Source: Escherichia coli (GTDB lineage: Bacteria; Pseudomonadota; Gammaproteobacteria; Enterobacterales; Enterobacteriaceae). From it: 64,000 nucleotides of DNA. The translations under genes and the position numbers were made by a program. The DNA is taken from NCBI RefSeq assembly GCF_017348835.2, contig NZ_CP071375.1; one strand, written 5' to 3'. The notes below the pieces were generated by a model. The model saw only the letters and a program-made list of their open reading frames with translations. It was not told the origin of the DNA and ran no database searches. Below, piece after piece: positions 1-11,833 of the stretch (positions within the stretch are counted from its first letter, which is position 1; each line of letters begins with the position of its first letter).

Positions 1-1107
1 AGAGAGTTTATAATTTTCTAGTCGTGCAGTATAGTTACCATTAAAATTGATTTCATGATTTCCAGCCAGAACGATGACATTTTTATTAATACAGCTATCT
101 TTATTACCCTCCATATTTCGCATAGAATTTAGCAAAGTAAGGATATATTTATCACCAAAAATAGTACTAAATCTATCGCCTGTATGATCCCCAAGGAAGA
201 TACAAGGGGTTATCGCATCGTCCTTTAAAAAAACATGTTGATGCAACTCATTCAATATCATGTCTCTCGTATTTAATAAATTGTAGAGCAATTTATTATT
301 TTTATGTATGTATGCAGATGAAGCCATGTCTTCGTGTTTTAATAATTCACATAATAAACTCCAACCCTTTTCCCTGATGCCTATATGCCCTGAAACGAGC
401 AATGCATAAAGTACAGCGCCTACTCTTCCATCTGTATCGCCAAAATAAGCCGTGTTGGCATTTTGTGGGTTAATCACACCACACTGTTTATAAAAGTCTA
501 TTTTAGAAAACACAGATTTAACATAGCTATCAAACTTATCCTTAGGAAACGTCTCTTTAGAGACATCCCAACGCCAGTCAGCTTTAAAATTACCGCTAAG
601 AAGAGTAAAGAAATTTTCAGGTATGATAGAAAGCCCATTAACTTTATAAATTATGTCTGATTTATAAATTATGTCTGATTTATCTCCGGAGAAATTAATA
701 AAATAATAACCATCCTTACACTCAATCTTAACTGTAATGGGAGACGATAATTTTATCACATGGTTATTGTCTGGTATAATTGTAAAGATAAACGTGTTAG
801 TAGTATTATCGGCGAAACTATTATATTCTTGAATATCTATAGATGGCTCACTATTGTAAAACCATATTTTCTCCATCTGAAGACTATGTTCATTTACCCT
901 CCAGTGACCATGTTGCAGGAAATAGATGATATTCAGGCCTAAATCGTTATCTATTTGCGAAAAGTCATTCAGCATATTAACTTCAACTGTGTTTGATCGA
1001 TATTTTTTATCAACCTTGCCATGGTGTTGATGACTGTTAACTTTATCTGAATGCTTATCTTGATGGCTTGAAGAGATGTGCTTAAATATATTTTGAAATA
1101 CTTTCAT
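1..1107 (-). CDS. Hypothetical protein, N-terminal ~369 codons (gene continues beyond window start). C-terminal part shows calcineurin-like metallophosphoesterase motifs (GDHTGDR ... LAGNHE). Probable yhiJ ortholog by position next to yhiM.
   Basis: Reverse-strand ORF starting with ATG at 1105-1107 (MKVFQNIFKHISSSHQDKH...), open to position 1. AT-rich and low complexity. GDxxGDR and GNHE motifs read directly from the translation. Synteny with yhiM/yhiN/pitA. Confidence 0.55.
   Translation of the reverse strand, partial: MKVFQNIFKHISSSHQDKHSDKVNSHQHHGKVDKKYRSNTVEVNMLNDFSQIDNDLGLNIIYFLQHGHWRVNEHSLQMEKIWFYNSEPSIDIQEYNSFADNTTNTFIFTIIPDNNHVIKLSSPITVKIECKDGYYFINFSGDKSDIIYKSDIIYKVNGLSIIPENFFTLLSGNFKADWRWDVSKETFPKDKFDSYVKSVFSKIDFYKQCGVINPQNANTAYFGDTDGRVGAVLYALLVSGHIGIREKGWSLLCELLKHEDMASSAYIHKNNKLLYNLLNTRDMILNELHQHVFLKDDAITPCIFLGDHTGDRFSTIFGDKYILTLLNSMRNMEGNKDSCINKNVIVLAGNHEINFNGNYTARLENYKLS
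643..678 (-). repeat. Perfect 18-bp tandem duplication (tttataaattatgtctga x2, plus a partial third copy ttta) inside the yhiJ-like CDS. It is in-frame and encodes KSDIIY-KSDIIY.
   Basis: Seen directly: 643-660 is identical to 661-678. 18 bp = 6 codons, so the reading frame is preserved. Confidence 0.9.
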
Positions 1108-1489
1108 AAATAACCTGCAATATTTATAACTTGTTAGTAACAAAATAAATGATACATGTCTGAAAGACATATTTACGACGATACAAAGTAATAATACTTA
1201 TATATTCGATGATTTTACGCACCGAGACTATCCGGTCTTTTACTAAATAAAGGAAAACAATCCATCCCTGGAAGATAATTGTAAAAAAAAACAGAATAAG
1301 AATTAATCTTAGGATAAATATTTATTTATCATGGCCTTTTAACCGCTAAAAAATGGCACTCGGCACAGTAAACCCCGCTATAGTTATGCTATGCATTTGT
1401 CTTTAATGATATCTCGTCGTTATATTAATAGGCTGAAATTATCATTAATGCACATTTCAATATTAGCAGGGATACCTGAGGAGTTTAAA

Positions 1490-2542
1490 GTGAACATATA
1501 TATCGGGTGGCTTTTCAAATTAATCCCTTTGATTATGGGCTTAATTTGTATCGCTTTAGGTGGCTTTGTGCTGGAAAGTTCAGGGCAAAGCGAGTATTTC
1601 GTCGCGGGTCATGTGCTGATTTCTCTGGCAGCCATATGCCTGGCATTATTCACTACCGCATTTATTATCATTTCGCAGCTCACGCGCGGCGTTAATACGT
1701 TTTACAATACATTGTTCCCCATTATTGGCTATGCGGGGTCAATTATCACCATGATATGGGGTTGGGCACTGTTAGCAGGCAATGATGTGATGGCAGACGA
1801 GTTTGTCGCCGGCCATGTTATTTTCGGCGTTGGTATGATTGCCGCCTGTGTATCGACGGTGGCAGCATCATCCGGTCACTTTCTGCTCATTCCCAAAAAT
1901 GCAGCGGGGAGCAAGAGCGATGGAACGCCGGTACAGGCTTATTCTTCATTAATCGGTAATTGCCTCATTGCCGTTCCCGTTTTACTCACCCTGCTCGGTT
2001 TCATTTGGTCTATTACGCTGTTACGTAGTGCTGACATAACTCCGCATTATGTCGCGGGTCACGTATTGCTTGGGTTAACCGCAATCTGTGCCTGTCTAAT
2101 TGGCCTTGTTGCCACAATTGTCCATCAAACACGTAATACGTTTTCAACTAAAGAACACTGGCTGTGGTGTTATTGGGTTATTTTTCTCGGCTCAGTCACG
2201 GTGCTGCAGGGGATATACGTCTTAGTCAGTTCCGATGCAAGCGCCCGACTGGCTCCCGGTATTATCCTCATTTGCTTGGGAATGATCTGTTACAGCATAT
2301 TCTCAAAAGTCTGGCTACTGGCACTGGTCTGGAGACGTACCTGTTCGTTAGCCAACAGAATACCGATGATACCGGTATTTACCTGTCTGTTTTGCCTTTT
2401 CCTGGCATCGTTTCTTGCGGAAATGGCGCAGACCGACATGGGATATTTTATTCCTTCGCGGGTTTTGGTCGGTTTGGGAGCGGTATGCTTTACGTTGTTC
2501 TCAATCGTTTCAATATTAGAAGCGGGTTCTGCTAAAAAATAA
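1490..2542 (+). CDS. yhiM: Inner membrane protein YhiM (350 aa). GTG start preceded by GAGGAG.
   Basis: ORF 1391-2542 is hydrophobic with a repeated FVAGHV motif. A GTG at 1490 sits 7 nt after the GAGGAG Shine-Dalgarno and gives a 350-aa product matching YhiM. Synteny supports the call. Confidence 0.8.
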   Translation: MNIYIGWLFKLIPLIMGLICIALGGFVLESSGQSEYFVAGHVLISLAAICLALFTTAFIIISQLTRGVNTFYNTLFPIIGYAGSIITMIWGWALLAGNDVMADEFVAGHVIFGVGMIAACVSTVAASSGHFLLIPKNAAGSKSDGTPVQAYSSLIGNCLIAVPVLLTLLGFIWSITLLRSADITPHYVAGHVLLGLTAICACLIGLVATIVHQTRNTFSTKEHWLWCYWVIFLGSVTVLQGIYVLVSSDASARLAPGIILICLGMICYSIFSKVWLLALVWRRTCSLANRIPMIPVFTCLFCLFLASFLAEMAQTDMGYFIPSRVLVGLGAVCFTLFSIVSILEAGSAKK

Positions 2543-2857
2543 TTGCAACGTACCGGATAAAACCAGCGTTGACCATTTGCGTAACGCTGGTTTTTCTCAG
2601 GTATCATGAAATGATGCAGCATTAATGCATAGTGGTTAAGGATAAAAAAACAACAAAGTTACTGTCTTTTTCAGCCTGTTCATATTTTATAAAGATCTGG
2701 CCACTGGGTGAGTTTTCAATCACCTTTCCTTCCACCTTATATTAAGCCTGGAGGGTTTCAGTTCACGGGCTCATTAGAAAATAATCACAAGATAGCCACT
2801 ATCAAAATTAGCTCATTTTTAATGCGGCTCTAATAATTTTCATCTTTAGGTAACAGG

Positions 2858-4060
2858 TCAGGACGACTTCGCTGCAATCAAATCCTGCGCACAAGCCCAT
2901 GCACTCGACCACGCCCACTGGAAGTTATAGCCCCCCAGCCAGCCGGTGACGTCCATCACTTCGCCGATGAAGTACAGCCCAGGCACTTTGCGCGCTTCCA
3001 TCGTCCGTGAAGAGAGTTCGTTGGTGTCCACGCCGCCGAGCGTCACTTCGGCAGTGCGATAGCCTTCAGTGCCGTTGGGTTGTACGCGCCAGTCGGTCAA
3101 TGTGCTAATCAGTGCCTGTTGGTCACGCACGTTGAGCTGTTTTAGCGAAACATCCGGGATTTGCCCGAGTTGCTGTAAGCGTTCAACCAACCGCTTCGGT
3201 AGATGAACCGCCAGTGTGTTTTTCAGGCTCTGATTCGGATGTGCGTTACGCTGCTCATTCAGGAAGGTTTCGAGGTCCACATCCGGTAGCAGATTGATAC
3301 TGACAAATTCACCCGGTTGCCAGTAGCTGGAAATCTGCAACACCGCCGGTCCAGATAAGCCGCGGTGGGTGAAGAGTAAGTTCTCTCGGAAAACGGTGCC
3401 GTTTTCAGCGGTAATCACGGAAAGCACCGCCACGCCCGCCAGCACCTGTAACTCTTCGAGCAACGGTTTATGCAGAGTGAATGGCACCAGACCCGCGCGG
3501 GTCGGCAGCACGTTGAGACCAAATTGTTCGGCAATCTTATAACCAAACGGCGACGCGCCCAGCCCCGGCATTGACAGCCCACCGGTCGCGATGACCAGCT
3601 TTTCGCAACCGACAGTCATGCCGTTCAGTTCAAGCGTGAAGCCTGTATCATCCTTCTCCACGCTCAGCACTTCGCTACGCAATCTGAAGGTCACATTGCC
3701 CTTCTCGCACTCATCCACCAGCATGTCGACAATCTGCTGCGCGGAGTCATCGCAGAAGAGTTGTCCTAACGTTTTCTCGTGCCAGGCGATGCCGTGTTTA
3801 TTGACCAGATCAATGAAATCCCACTGGGTAAAACGCGCAAGTGCAGACTTACAAAAATGCGGATTCTGGCTCAGATAAGCGCCCGGTTCGACATAAAGGT
3901 TGGTAAAGTTGCAGCGCCCACCGCCAGACATGAGGATTTTGCGCCCTGGTTTTTTACCATTATCGATCAGCAGAACCCGGCGTCCTGCCTGACCTGCCAG
4001 CGCAGAACAGAACATACCCGCCGCACCAGCGCCTATAATAATGGCATCAAACCTTTCCAC
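2858..4060 (-). CDS. yhiN: FAD-dependent oxidoreductase YhiN (400 aa)
   Basis: N-terminal Rossmann motif IIGAGAAG. Length and position match yhiN. Confidence 0.85.
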   Translation of the reverse strand: MERFDAIIIGAGAAGMFCSALAGQAGRRVLLIDNGKKPGRKILMSGGGRCNFTNLYVEPGAYLSQNPHFCKSALARFTQWDFIDLVNKHGIAWHEKTLGQLFCDDSAQQIVDMLVDECEKGNVTFRLRSEVLSVEKDDTGFTLELNGMTVGCEKLVIATGGLSMPGLGASPFGYKIAEQFGLNVLPTRAGLVPFTLHKPLLEELQVLAGVAVLSVITAENGTVFRENLLFTHRGLSGPAVLQISSYWQPGEFVSINLLPDVDLETFLNEQRNAHPNQSLKNTLAVHLPKRLVERLQQLGQIPDVSLKQLNVRDQQALISTLTDWRVQPNGTEGYRTAEVTLGGVDTNELSSRTMEARKVPGLYFIGEVMDVTGWLGGYNFQWAWSSAWACAQDLIAAKSS

Positions 4061-4291
4061 GTTGCGCTCCTCTTAGAAAAAACGGGCGTGAATTGTAAAG
4101 ATTCCTCAGTGGTCGCACCAGCATCAATATTACTAAAAGGAAGTATTTGCCTGAATTATATAAGATAATTATTTTTTGAGTGAAATCCATACAGGAGGCA
4201 AATCAAAAAAAGTCTATATTTCACTTTGCCCGCGCCGCGAAAGTCACTGATAATGCGCCGCGTTCATGTCCTCAAAATGGCGTAACGTCCT

Positions 4292-5791
4292 ATGCTACAT
4301 TTGTTTGCTGGCCTGGATTTGCATACCGGGCTGTTATTATTGCTTGCACTGGCTTTTGTGCTGTTCTACGAAGCCATCAATGGTTTCCATGACACAGCCA
4401 ACGCCGTGGCAACCGTTATCTATACCCGCGCGATGCGTTCTCAGCTCGCCGTGGTTATGGCAGCGGTGTTCAACTTTTTGGGTGTTTTGCTGGGTGGTCT
4501 GAGTGTTGCCTATGCCATTGTGCATATGCTGCCGACGGATCTGCTGCTTAATATGGGATCGTCTCATGGCCTTGCCATGGTGTTCTCTATGTTGCTGGCG
4601 GCGATTATCTGGAACCTGGGTACCTGGTACTTTGGTTTGCCTGCATCCAGCTCTCATACGCTGATTGGCGCGATCATCGGGATTGGTTTAACCAATGCGT
4701 TGATGACCGGGACGTCAGTGGTGGATGCACTCAATATCCCGAAAGTATTAAGTATTTTCGGTTCTCTGATCGTTTCCCCTATTGTCGGCCTGGTGTTTGC
4801 TGGCGGTCTGATTTTCTTGCTGCGTCGCTACTGGAGCGGCACCAAGAAACGCGCCCGTATCCACCTGACCCCAGCGGAGCGTGAAAAGAAAGACGGCAAG
4901 AAAAAGCCGCCGTTCTGGACGCGTATCGCGCTGATCCTTTCCGCTATCGGCGTGGCGTTTTCGCACGGCGCGAACGATGGTCAGAAAGGCATTGGTCTGG
5001 TTATGTTGGTATTGATTGGTGTCGCACCAGCAGGCTTCGTGGTGAACATGAATGCCACTGGCTACGAAATCACCCGTACCCGTGATGCCATCAACAACGT
5101 CGAAGCTTACTTTGAGCAGCATCCTGCGCTGCTGAAACAAGCTACCGGTGCTGATCAGTTAGTACCGGCTCCGGAAGCTGGCGCAACGCAACCTGCGGAG
5201 TTCCATTGCCATCCGTCGAATACCATTAACGCGCTCAACCGCCTGAAAGGCATGTTGACTACCGATGTGGAAAGCTACGACAAGCTGTCGCTTGATCAAC
5301 GTAGCCAGATGCGCCGCATTATGCTGTGCGTTTCTGACACCATCGACAAAGTGGTGAAATTGCCTGGCGTAAATGCTGACGATCAGCGTCTGTTGAAGAA
5401 ACTGAAGTCCGATATGCTAAGTACCATCGAGTATGCTCCGGTGTGGATCATCATGGCGGTCGCGTTGGCGTTAGGTATCGGTACGATGATTGGCTGGCGT
5501 CGTGTGGCAACGACTATCGGTGAGAAAATCGGTAAGAAAGGCATGACCTACGCTCAGGGGATGTCTGCCCAGATGACGGCGGCAGTGTCTATCGGCCTGG
5601 CGAGTTATACCGGGATGCCGGTTTCCACTACTCACGTACTCTCCTCTTCTGTCGCGGGGACAATGGTGGTAGATGGTGGCGGCTTACAGCGTAAAACCGT
5701 GACCAGCATTCTGATGGCCTGGGTGTTTACCCTTCCGGCTGCGGTACTGCTTTCCGGCGGGCTGTACTGGCTCTCCTTGCAGTTCCTGTAA
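4292..5791 (+). CDS. pitA: Low-affinity inorganic phosphate transporter PitA (499 aa)
   Basis: 499-aa polytopic membrane ORF with the PHO4-family GANDGQKG motif. Synteny supports the call. Confidence 0.9.
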   Translation: MLHLFAGLDLHTGLLLLLALAFVLFYEAINGFHDTANAVATVIYTRAMRSQLAVVMAAVFNFLGVLLGGLSVAYAIVHMLPTDLLLNMGSSHGLAMVFSMLLAAIIWNLGTWYFGLPASSSHTLIGAIIGIGLTNALMTGTSVVDALNIPKVLSIFGSLIVSPIVGLVFAGGLIFLLRRYWSGTKKRARIHLTPAEREKKDGKKKPPFWTRIALILSAIGVAFSHGANDGQKGIGLVMLVLIGVAPAGFVVNMNATGYEITRTRDAINNVEAYFEQHPALLKQATGADQLVPAPEAGATQPAEFHCHPSNTINALNRLKGMLTTDVESYDKLSLDQRSQMRRIMLCVSDTIDKVVKLPGVNADDQRLLKKLKSDMLSTIEYAPVWIIMAVALALGIGTMIGWRRVATTIGEKIGKKGMTYAQGMSAQMTAAVSIGLASYTGMPVSTTHVLSSSVAGTMVVDGGGLQRKTVTSILMAWVFTLPAAVLLSGGLYWLSLQFL

Positions 5792-5859
5792 TCGTACGCA
5801 CCAAAACGAGCGGGTCAGCTGGCCCGCTTCAGATTGTTGACATAGTGCGCTTTGTTCAT

Positions 5860-5960
5860 GCCGGATGCGGCGTGAACGCCTTATCCGGCCTACAAAAACA
5901 TGCAAATTCAATAGATTGCAGAGATTATGTAGGCCTGATAAGCGTAGCGCATCAGGCAAT
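5860..5960. repeat. REP/BIME palindromic units (gccggatgcggcgtgaacgccttatccggcctac ... gtaggcctgataagcgtagcgcatcaggc)
   Basis: Canonical REP consensus visible in two inverted copies between pitA and uspB. Flanked by stem-loops at 5805-5825 and 5980-6010. Confidence 0.8.
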
Positions 5961-6034
5961 TTTGCGTTTGCAATCAGTCTCGAGCGGGTCAGTTTACTGG
6001 CCCGCTTTTTTATGCGTTATTATTGCTGAAGTGC

Positions 6035-6370
6035 TTAATGCCAAATCATCAATGCAATCAGGCTGACCACCACCAGACCACACAATGCGCTGGTCAGAAT
6101 AAACTGCCGACGCACCCGCTCACAGCGGCGAATAAATTCATCATCGTGATGATCGCGATAACGTTGGGCATAGATATACCAAACGAGACGCACCTGTTTG
6201 TTGGGTTGGCCATGTGAGGTAAAAAAGCCCCCTCCATCAACATATTGATAGAGCAATGGATCGCAGTTACGCAGTACCACTAACAACGCGCGTAGTGATG
6301 AGAAATAGCGCGCCATGTTAACAATGCAAACGACACATAAAGCCCAAAATAATGCGACGGTGCTTATCAT
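6035..6370 (-). CDS. uspB: Universal stress protein B (111 aa, two TM helices)
   Basis: 111-aa ORF divergent from uspA. Sequence and synteny match. Confidence 0.85.
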
Positions 6371-6598
6371 ACCTCCTCCCCGGCGACCTGCCCGCGGAGT
6401 TCCACCCCGGGGCTACCGCTCCCGATACGCTGCCAATCAGTTAACACCAGGTCCTGGAGAAACCGCTTTTGTGGTGACCAACATCCGAGCGGCTCTATAG
6501 ATAGTGTAGGAGATCAGGTTGTTTTTTTTCCAGAAGGTTAACCACTATCAATATATTCATGTCGAAAATTTGTTTATCTAACGGGTAAGCAAGGCGGA

Positions 6599-6626
6599 TT
6601 GACGGATCATCCGGGTCGCTATAAGG
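6599..6626 (+). promoter_or_regulatory. Putative sigma70 promoter of uspA (TTGACG ... TATAAG)
   Basis: TTGACG at 6599-6604 and TATAAG at 6620-6625, about 135 nt upstream of the uspA start. uspA is known to have a strong sigma70 promoter with a long leader. Confidence 0.45.
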
Positions 6627-6760
6627 TAAGGATGGTCTTAACACTGAATCTTTACGGCTGGGTTAGCCCCGCGCACGTAGTTCGCAGGACGCGGGTGACG
6701 TAACGGCACAAGAAACGCTAGCTGGCCAGTCATCGACAACTTTATGGAAGGAGTAACACT

Positions 6761-7195
6761 ATGGCTTATAAACACATTCTCATCGCGGTCGATCTCTCCC
6801 CGGAAAGCAAAGTTCTGGTAGAGAAAGCAGTCTCTATGGCTCGCCCCTACAATGCGAAAGTTTCTCTGATCCACGTAGATGTAAACTACTCTGACCTATA
6901 CACCGGGCTTATTGATGTGAATCTGGGTGATATGCAGAAACGCATCTCTGAAGAGACACATCATGCGCTGACCGAGCTTTCCACTAATGCAGGCTACCCA
7001 ATCACTGAAACCCTGAGCGGCAGCGGCGACCTGGGCCAGGTTCTGGTCGATGCAATCAAGAAATACGATATGGATCTGGTGGTTTGTGGTCACCACCAGG
7101 ACTTCTGGAGCAAACTGATGTCTTCCGCACGTCAGCTGATCAACACCGTTCACGTTGATATGCTGATTGTTCCGCTGCGCGACGAAGAAGAATAA
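6761..7195 (+). CDS. uspA: Universal stress protein A (144 aa)
   Basis: [24 protein letters not shown]... matches UspA. RBS GGAG upstream. Confidence 0.95.
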
Positions 7196-7218
7196 TCTTC
7201 CCTCCACGACGTGTTCCT

Positions 7219-7250
7219 GAACGCCCGCATATGCGGGCGTTTTGCTTTTT
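7219..7250 (+). terminator. Rho-independent terminator of uspA (gaacgcccgcatatgcgggcgtt + T-run)
   Basis: GC stem-loop followed by ttttgcttttt. Confidence 0.8.
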
Positions 7251-7512
7251 GGCGCGCCTTGTTACCTGATGCAGCATAAACACCTTATCTGGCCTACGAT
7301 CTGCGCACGCAATCAAAATCCCCTGCCAATACAACATTTAACACCATTATATTTTCCATCATTAGTGTGATCGGCTGGTTATTTTCTGTTGTAATAGTGT
7401 ATTAATCTATTCGCCGCATCAATATTAAGAATCTCTGACAGATGTAAACTTTTTCGCGCGTTATCCCTTACGCGTTCATACTTTTCAGGATGGTATTGGA
7501 AGGTTAATAAAT

Positions 7513-8982
7513 ATGAATACAACAACACCCATGGGGATGCTGCAGCAACCTCGCCCATTTTTCATGATCTTTTTTGTCGAGTTATGGGAGCGATTCGGCT
7601 ACTACGGCGTGCAGGGCGTACTGGCGGTTTTCTTCGTTAAACAGCTTGGATTCTCGCAAGAGCAGGCTTTTGTCACTTTTGGTGCTTTTGCTGCGCTGGT
7701 CTATGGCCTCATTTCCATTGGCGGCTATGTCGGCGACCACCTGCTGGGGACCAAACGCACCATCGTTCTTGGAGCACTTGTGCTGGCGATTGGCTACTTC
7801 ATGACCGGCATGTCGCTACTTAAGCCTGACCTGATTTTCATCGCCCTGGGGACTATCGCTGTCGGTAACGGCCTGTTTAAAGCTAACCCAGCCAGCTTGC
7901 TTTCGAAGTGCTATCCGCCGAAAGATCCGCGCCTTGATGGCGCATTCACCCTGTTCTATATGTCGATCAACATCGGCTCGTTGATAGCGTTATCGCTGGC
8001 CCCTGTGATCGCTGATAGATTCGGTTATTCAGTCACCTACAACCTGTGCGGGGCGGGGTTAATTATCGCATTACTGGTTTACATCGCCTGTCGTGGAATG
8101 GTGAAAAACATTGGTTCTGAGCCCGACTTCCGGCCAATGAGCTTCAGCAAACTGTTGTACGTATTACTTGGCAGCGTGGTGATGATCTTCGTCTGCGCCT
8201 GGCTGATGCACAACGTAGAAGTCGCCAATCTGGTGCTGATTGTTCTCTCCATCGTCGTCACCATCATCTTCTTTCGTCAGGCATTCAAGCTGGATAAAAC
8301 CGGGCGCAATAAAATGTTTGTCGCCTTTGTCCTGATGCTCGAAGCGGTGGTGTTTTACATTCTCTACGCCCAGATGCCAACGTCGCTGAACTTCTTTGCC
8401 ATCAACAACGTGCATCATGAAATTCTCGGCTTTTCCATCAACCCGGTCAGCTTCCAGGCGCTTAACCCGTTCTGGGTGGTACTCGCCAGCCCAATACTGG
8501 CAGGCATTTACACGCATCTGGGTAACAAAGGCAAAGACCTCTCGATGCCGATGAAATTTACTCTCGGCATGTTTATGTGCTCACTGGGCTTTTTGACGGC
8601 GGCAGCTGCGGGAATGTGGTTTGCGGATGCACAAGGGCTGACATCGCCATGGTTTATCGTGCTGGTGTACTTATTCCAGAGCTTAGGTGAACTGTTTATT
8701 AGCGCCCTTGGCCTGGCGATGATTGCTGCCCTGGTGCCGCAGCATTTGATGGGCTTTATTCTCGGGATGTGGTTCCTGACGCAGGCTGCCGCGTTCTTGC
8801 TGGGCGGCTATGTGGCAACATTTACCGCGGTGCCGGACAACATTACCGATCCGCTTGAGACGTTGCCCGTCTATACCAACGTGTTTGGTAAGATTGGTCT
8901 GGTCACGCTGGGCGTTGCAGTAGTGATGCTGTTGATGGTGCCGTGGCTGAAACGCATGATTGCGACGCCGGAAAGCCATTAA
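7513..8982 (+). CDS. dtpB: Dipeptide/tripeptide:H+ symporter DtpB (POT family, 489 aa)
   Basis: POT-family signature ERFGYYG near the N-terminus. 489 aa. Synteny supports the call. Confidence 0.9.
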   Translation: MNTTTPMGMLQQPRPFFMIFFVELWERFGYYGVQGVLAVFFVKQLGFSQEQAFVTFGAFAALVYGLISIGGYVGDHLLGTKRTIVLGALVLAIGYFMTGMSLLKPDLIFIALGTIAVGNGLFKANPASLLSKCYPPKDPRLDGAFTLFYMSINIGSLIALSLAPVIADRFGYSVTYNLCGAGLIIALLVYIACRGMVKNIGSEPDFRPMSFSKLLYVLLGSVVMIFVCAWLMHNVEVANLVLIVLSIVVTIIFFRQAFKLDKTGRNKMFVAFVLMLEAVVFYILYAQMPTSLNFFAINNVHHEILGFSINPVSFQALNPFWVVLASPILAGIYTHLGNKGKDLSMPMKFTLGMFMCSLGFLTAAAAGMWFADAQGLTSPWFIVLVYLFQSLGELFISALGLAMIAALVPQHLMGFILGMWFLTQAAAFLLGGYVATFTAVPDNITDPLETLPVYTNVFGKIGLVTLGVAVVMLLMVPWLKRMIATPESH

Positions 8983-8995
8983 TTATTCTTGCAGA

Positions 8996-9026
8996 AAGCA
9001 GGGTAGCGTTATCGCTACCCTGCTTT
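8996..9026. terminator. Bidirectional stem-loop between convergent dtpB and rsmJ (gcagggtagcgttatcgctaccctgc)
   Basis: Perfect inverted repeat with T-rich flanks on both strands. Confidence 0.7.
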
Positions 9027-9030
9027 ACTT

Positions 9031-9783
9031 TTACACTGGCGTACCTGCATAAATATCAAACCTATGCCCTTTAGTGACAACCGCGTTTGGCGTGGCGACA
9101 TTCGCTAGCGGTGGCGCGTAGTCCGGGCGCTTTACCACCACGCGTTTGGTCGCCAGCAAGCGTGCAGGCTCCAGCAACCCATCCGCGTCGAGATCCGGCC
9201 CCACCAGCGACTGAAAGACACGCATCTCTTTTTTCACCAGCGCGCTTTTCTGCTTATGCGGGAACATCGGATCGAGATAAACCACCTGCGGGCGCGGGGT
9301 AATATCGGTCAGCGCCGTCAGGCTGGAGGCGTGAATTAACTGCAAACGCTCCTGCAACCAGCCGCCGATTTCCGCATCCGCATAACCACGCGCCAGGCCG
9401 TCGTCGAGCAATGCGGCAACGACTGGATTACGCTCCAGCATCCGCACGCGGCAGCCGACTGAAGCCAGCACAAAGGCATCGCGCCCCAGCCCTGCGGTGG
9501 CATCCACCACATCCGGCAAATAATCGCCTTTAATGCCCACCGCTTTCGCCACCGCCTCACCGCGACCACCGCCGAATTTGCGTCGGTGCGCCATCGCTCC
9601 GCCAACAAAATCAACAAAGATGCCGCCAAGTTTTGGCTCATCACGCTTGCGCAATTCCAGATGTTCCGGCGTTAACACCAGCGCCATCAGGTTGTCTTCA
9701 TCGTGCTCCAGCCCCCAGCGGGCCGCCAGAACAGATAAGGCACCGTCTCCGGTGCCTGTTTCATCAATTAAGCAGATTTTCAC
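9031..9783 (-). CDS. rsmJ: 16S rRNA m2G1516 methyltransferase RsmJ (250 aa, GTG start)
   Basis: [27 protein letters not shown]... The longer ORF to 9888 is an in-frame extension that overlaps prlC. Confidence 0.8.
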   Translation of the reverse strand: MKICLIDETGTGDGALSVLAARWGLEHDEDNLMALVLTPEHLELRKRDEPKLGGIFVDFVGGAMAHRRKFGGGRGEAVAKAVGIKGDYLPDVVDATAGLGRDAFVLASVGCRVRMLERNPVVAALLDDGLARGYADAEIGGWLQERLQLIHASSLTALTDITPRPQVVYLDPMFPHKQKSALVKKEMRVFQSLVGPDLDADGLLEPARLLATKRVVVKRPDYAPPLANVATPNAVVTKGHRFDIYAGTPV

Positions 9784-9790
9784 TGAATGA

Positions 9791-11833
9791 TCAGCCCTTA
9801 ATGCCGTAATGCTCCAGCATCGCATCCAGCTGCGGTTCACGACCACGGAAGCGTTTGAACAGATCCATCGGCTCTTCTGAACCGCCACGGCTCAGAATGT
9901 TGTCGAGGAACGACTGCCCGGTTTCACGGTTGAAAATGCCCTCTTCCTCAAAGCGCGAGAAAGCATCTGCCGCCAGCACATCGGCCCACAGGTAGCTGTA
10001 GTAACCTGCGGCATAACCACCGGCGAAAATATGGCTGAAAGCGTGCGGGAAACGGCCCCAGGATGGAGACGGTACTACGGCAACCAGTTTCTTGATTTCT
10101 GCCAGAGTTTCGAGGATTTTCGCTCCCTGATCCGGGCGGAACTCGGCATGGAGGCGGAAATCGAACAGGCCGAACTCCAGCTGGCGCAGAATAAACAGCG
10201 CCGCCTGGTAGTTCTTCGCTGCCAGCATTTTATCCAGCAACTCTTTCGGCAGCGGTTCGCCGGTTTCATAGTGACCGGAGATAAACGCCAGCGCCTCCGG
10301 CTCCCAGCACCAGTTTTCCATAAACTGGCTCGGCAGTTCGACCGCATCCCACGGCACCCCGCTGATACCAGACACACCAGCGGTTTCAATGCGGGTAAGC
10401 ATATGATGCAGGCCATGACCGAACTCATGGAACAGAGTGATCACTTCGTCGTGAGTGAACAGCGCCGGTTTACCATTCACCGGGCGGTTGAAGTTACAGG
10501 TCAAATACGCGACCGGTTTTTGCAGCGAACCGTCGGCTTTACGCATCTGGCCTACGCAGTCATCCATCCACGCCCCGCCGCGCTTGTTTTCACGGGCATA
10601 CAGGTCGAGGTAGAAGCTACCGCGCAGTTCGTTGTTCTCGTCATACAGTTCGAAGAAACGTACATCCGGATGCCAGACATCAACATCTTTACGCTCTTTA
10701 GCGGTGATGCCGTAAATACGTTTCACCACTTCAAACAGGCCGTTAACCGCTTTGTTTTCCGGGAAGTACGGACGCAGCTGTTCGTCACTGATGCTGTAGA
10801 GGTGCTGTTTTTGTTTTTCGCTGTAGTACGCGATATCCCACGGCTGCAACTCATCGACGCCAAATTCGGCTTTGGCGAAGGAACGCAGTTGTGCCAGCTC
10901 TTTTTCGCCTTGCGGACGTGCGCGTTTTGCCAGATCGGTTAAGAAATCAAGCACCTGCTGCGGGTTTTCTGCCATTTTAGTGGCAAGGGATTTAAAGGCG
11001 TAGTTTTCAAAGCCCAGCAGTTGCGCCAGTTCGTGACGCAGCGCGAGGATCTCTTCCATCACCTTGCTGTTGTCCCACTTACCGGCGTTCGGACCTTGAT
11101 CGGAAGCGCGAGTGCTGTAAGCACGATACATCTCTTCGCGCAGAGCCTGGTTGTCGCAATAGGTCATTACCGGCAGGTAGCTTGGGATATCCAGCGTCAG
11201 CAAATAACCTTCCAGCTCTTTCGCTTCGGCCTGGGCTTTTGCCGCAGCCAGCGCGCTTTCTGGCATCCCCGCCAGCTCCGCTTCGTCGGTAACGAGTTTG
11301 GTCCAGCCCATTGTCGCATCGAGGACGTTGTTGCTGTACTGGTTTCCCAGCTCGGAAAGACGAGTGGCAATCTCACCGTAGCGTTGCTGTTTCTCTTTTG
11401 GCAGACCGATGCCAGAGAGTTCAAAGTCGCGCAGTGCGTTATCAACCGCTTTCTTCTGCGCCGTGTTCAGCGTGGCGTAATGATCGCCATCGCGCAGGTC
11501 GCGATACGCTTTATACAGCCCTTCATGTTGCCCTACCCAGGTGCTGTATTCCGACAGCAGCGGCAGGGTTTGCTCGTAGGCTTCACGCAGTTCCGGGCTA
11601 TTTTTCACCGAGTTCAGGTGGCTGACCGGGGAGAAGATACGCCCCAACACATCGTCCACTTCCGCCAGCGGCTGGCAGAGATTTTCCCAGGTGTACGGTG
11701 CCCCTTGCGCTACTACGCGCTCCACATTTTCCCGGCAGTCGTTCAGCGCCTGAGTCACGGCTGGAACGACATGTTCCGGGAGAATTTTAGAAAACGGAGG
11801 CAATTCAAAGGGAGTCAGTAACGGATTCGTCAT
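9791..11833 (-). CDS. prlC: Oligopeptidase A (M3 family, 680 aa). HEFGH zinc motif present.
   Basis: [15 protein letters not shown]... and the HEFGHGLHH motif. Stop lies 7 nt before the rsmJ start, consistent with an operon. Confidence 0.95.
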   Translation of the reverse strand: MTNPLLTPFELPPFSKILPEHVVPAVTQALNDCRENVERVVAQGAPYTWENLCQPLAEVDDVLGRIFSPVSHLNSVKNSPELREAYEQTLPLLSEYSTWVGQHEGLYKAYRDLRDGDHYATLNTAQKKAVDNALRDFELSGIGLPKEKQQRYGEIATRLSELGNQYSNNVLDATMGWTKLVTDEAELAGMPESALAAAKAQAEAKELEGYLLTLDIPSYLPVMTYCDNQALREEMYRAYSTRASDQGPNAGKWDNSKVMEEILALRHELAQLLGFENYAFKSLATKMAENPQQVLDFLTDLAKRARPQGEKELAQLRSFAKAEFGVDELQPWDIAYYSEKQKQHLYSISDEQLRPYFPENKAVNGLFEVVKRIYGITAKERKDVDVWHPDVRFFELYDENNELRGSFYLDLYARENKRGGAWMDDCVGQMRKADGSLQKPVAYLTCNFNRPVNGKPALFTHDEVITLFHEFGHGLHHMLTRIETAGVSGISGVPWDAVELPSQFMENWCWEPEALAFISGHYETGEPLPKELLDKMLAAKNYQAALFILRQLEFGLFDFRLHAEFRPDQGAKILETLAEIKKLVAVVPSPSWGRFPHAFSHIFAGGYAAGYYSYLWADVLAADAFSRFEEEGIFNRETGQSFLDNILSRGGSEEPMDLFKRFRGREPQLDAMLEHYGIKG

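Noticed and set aside
9031-9888. 285-aa version of rsmJ overlapping prlC
   Set aside because: It would overlap the prlC 3' end by about 100 nt. The 250-aa GTG-start form matches the methyltransferase family length and sits 7 nt after the prlC stop.
10031-10942. 303-aa plus-strand ORF inside prlC, and a 266-aa ORF at 11021-11821
   Set aside because: These are antisense to the M3 peptidase gene, which carries HEFGH in the correct frame. They have no start context and are stop-codon-poor shadow ORFs.
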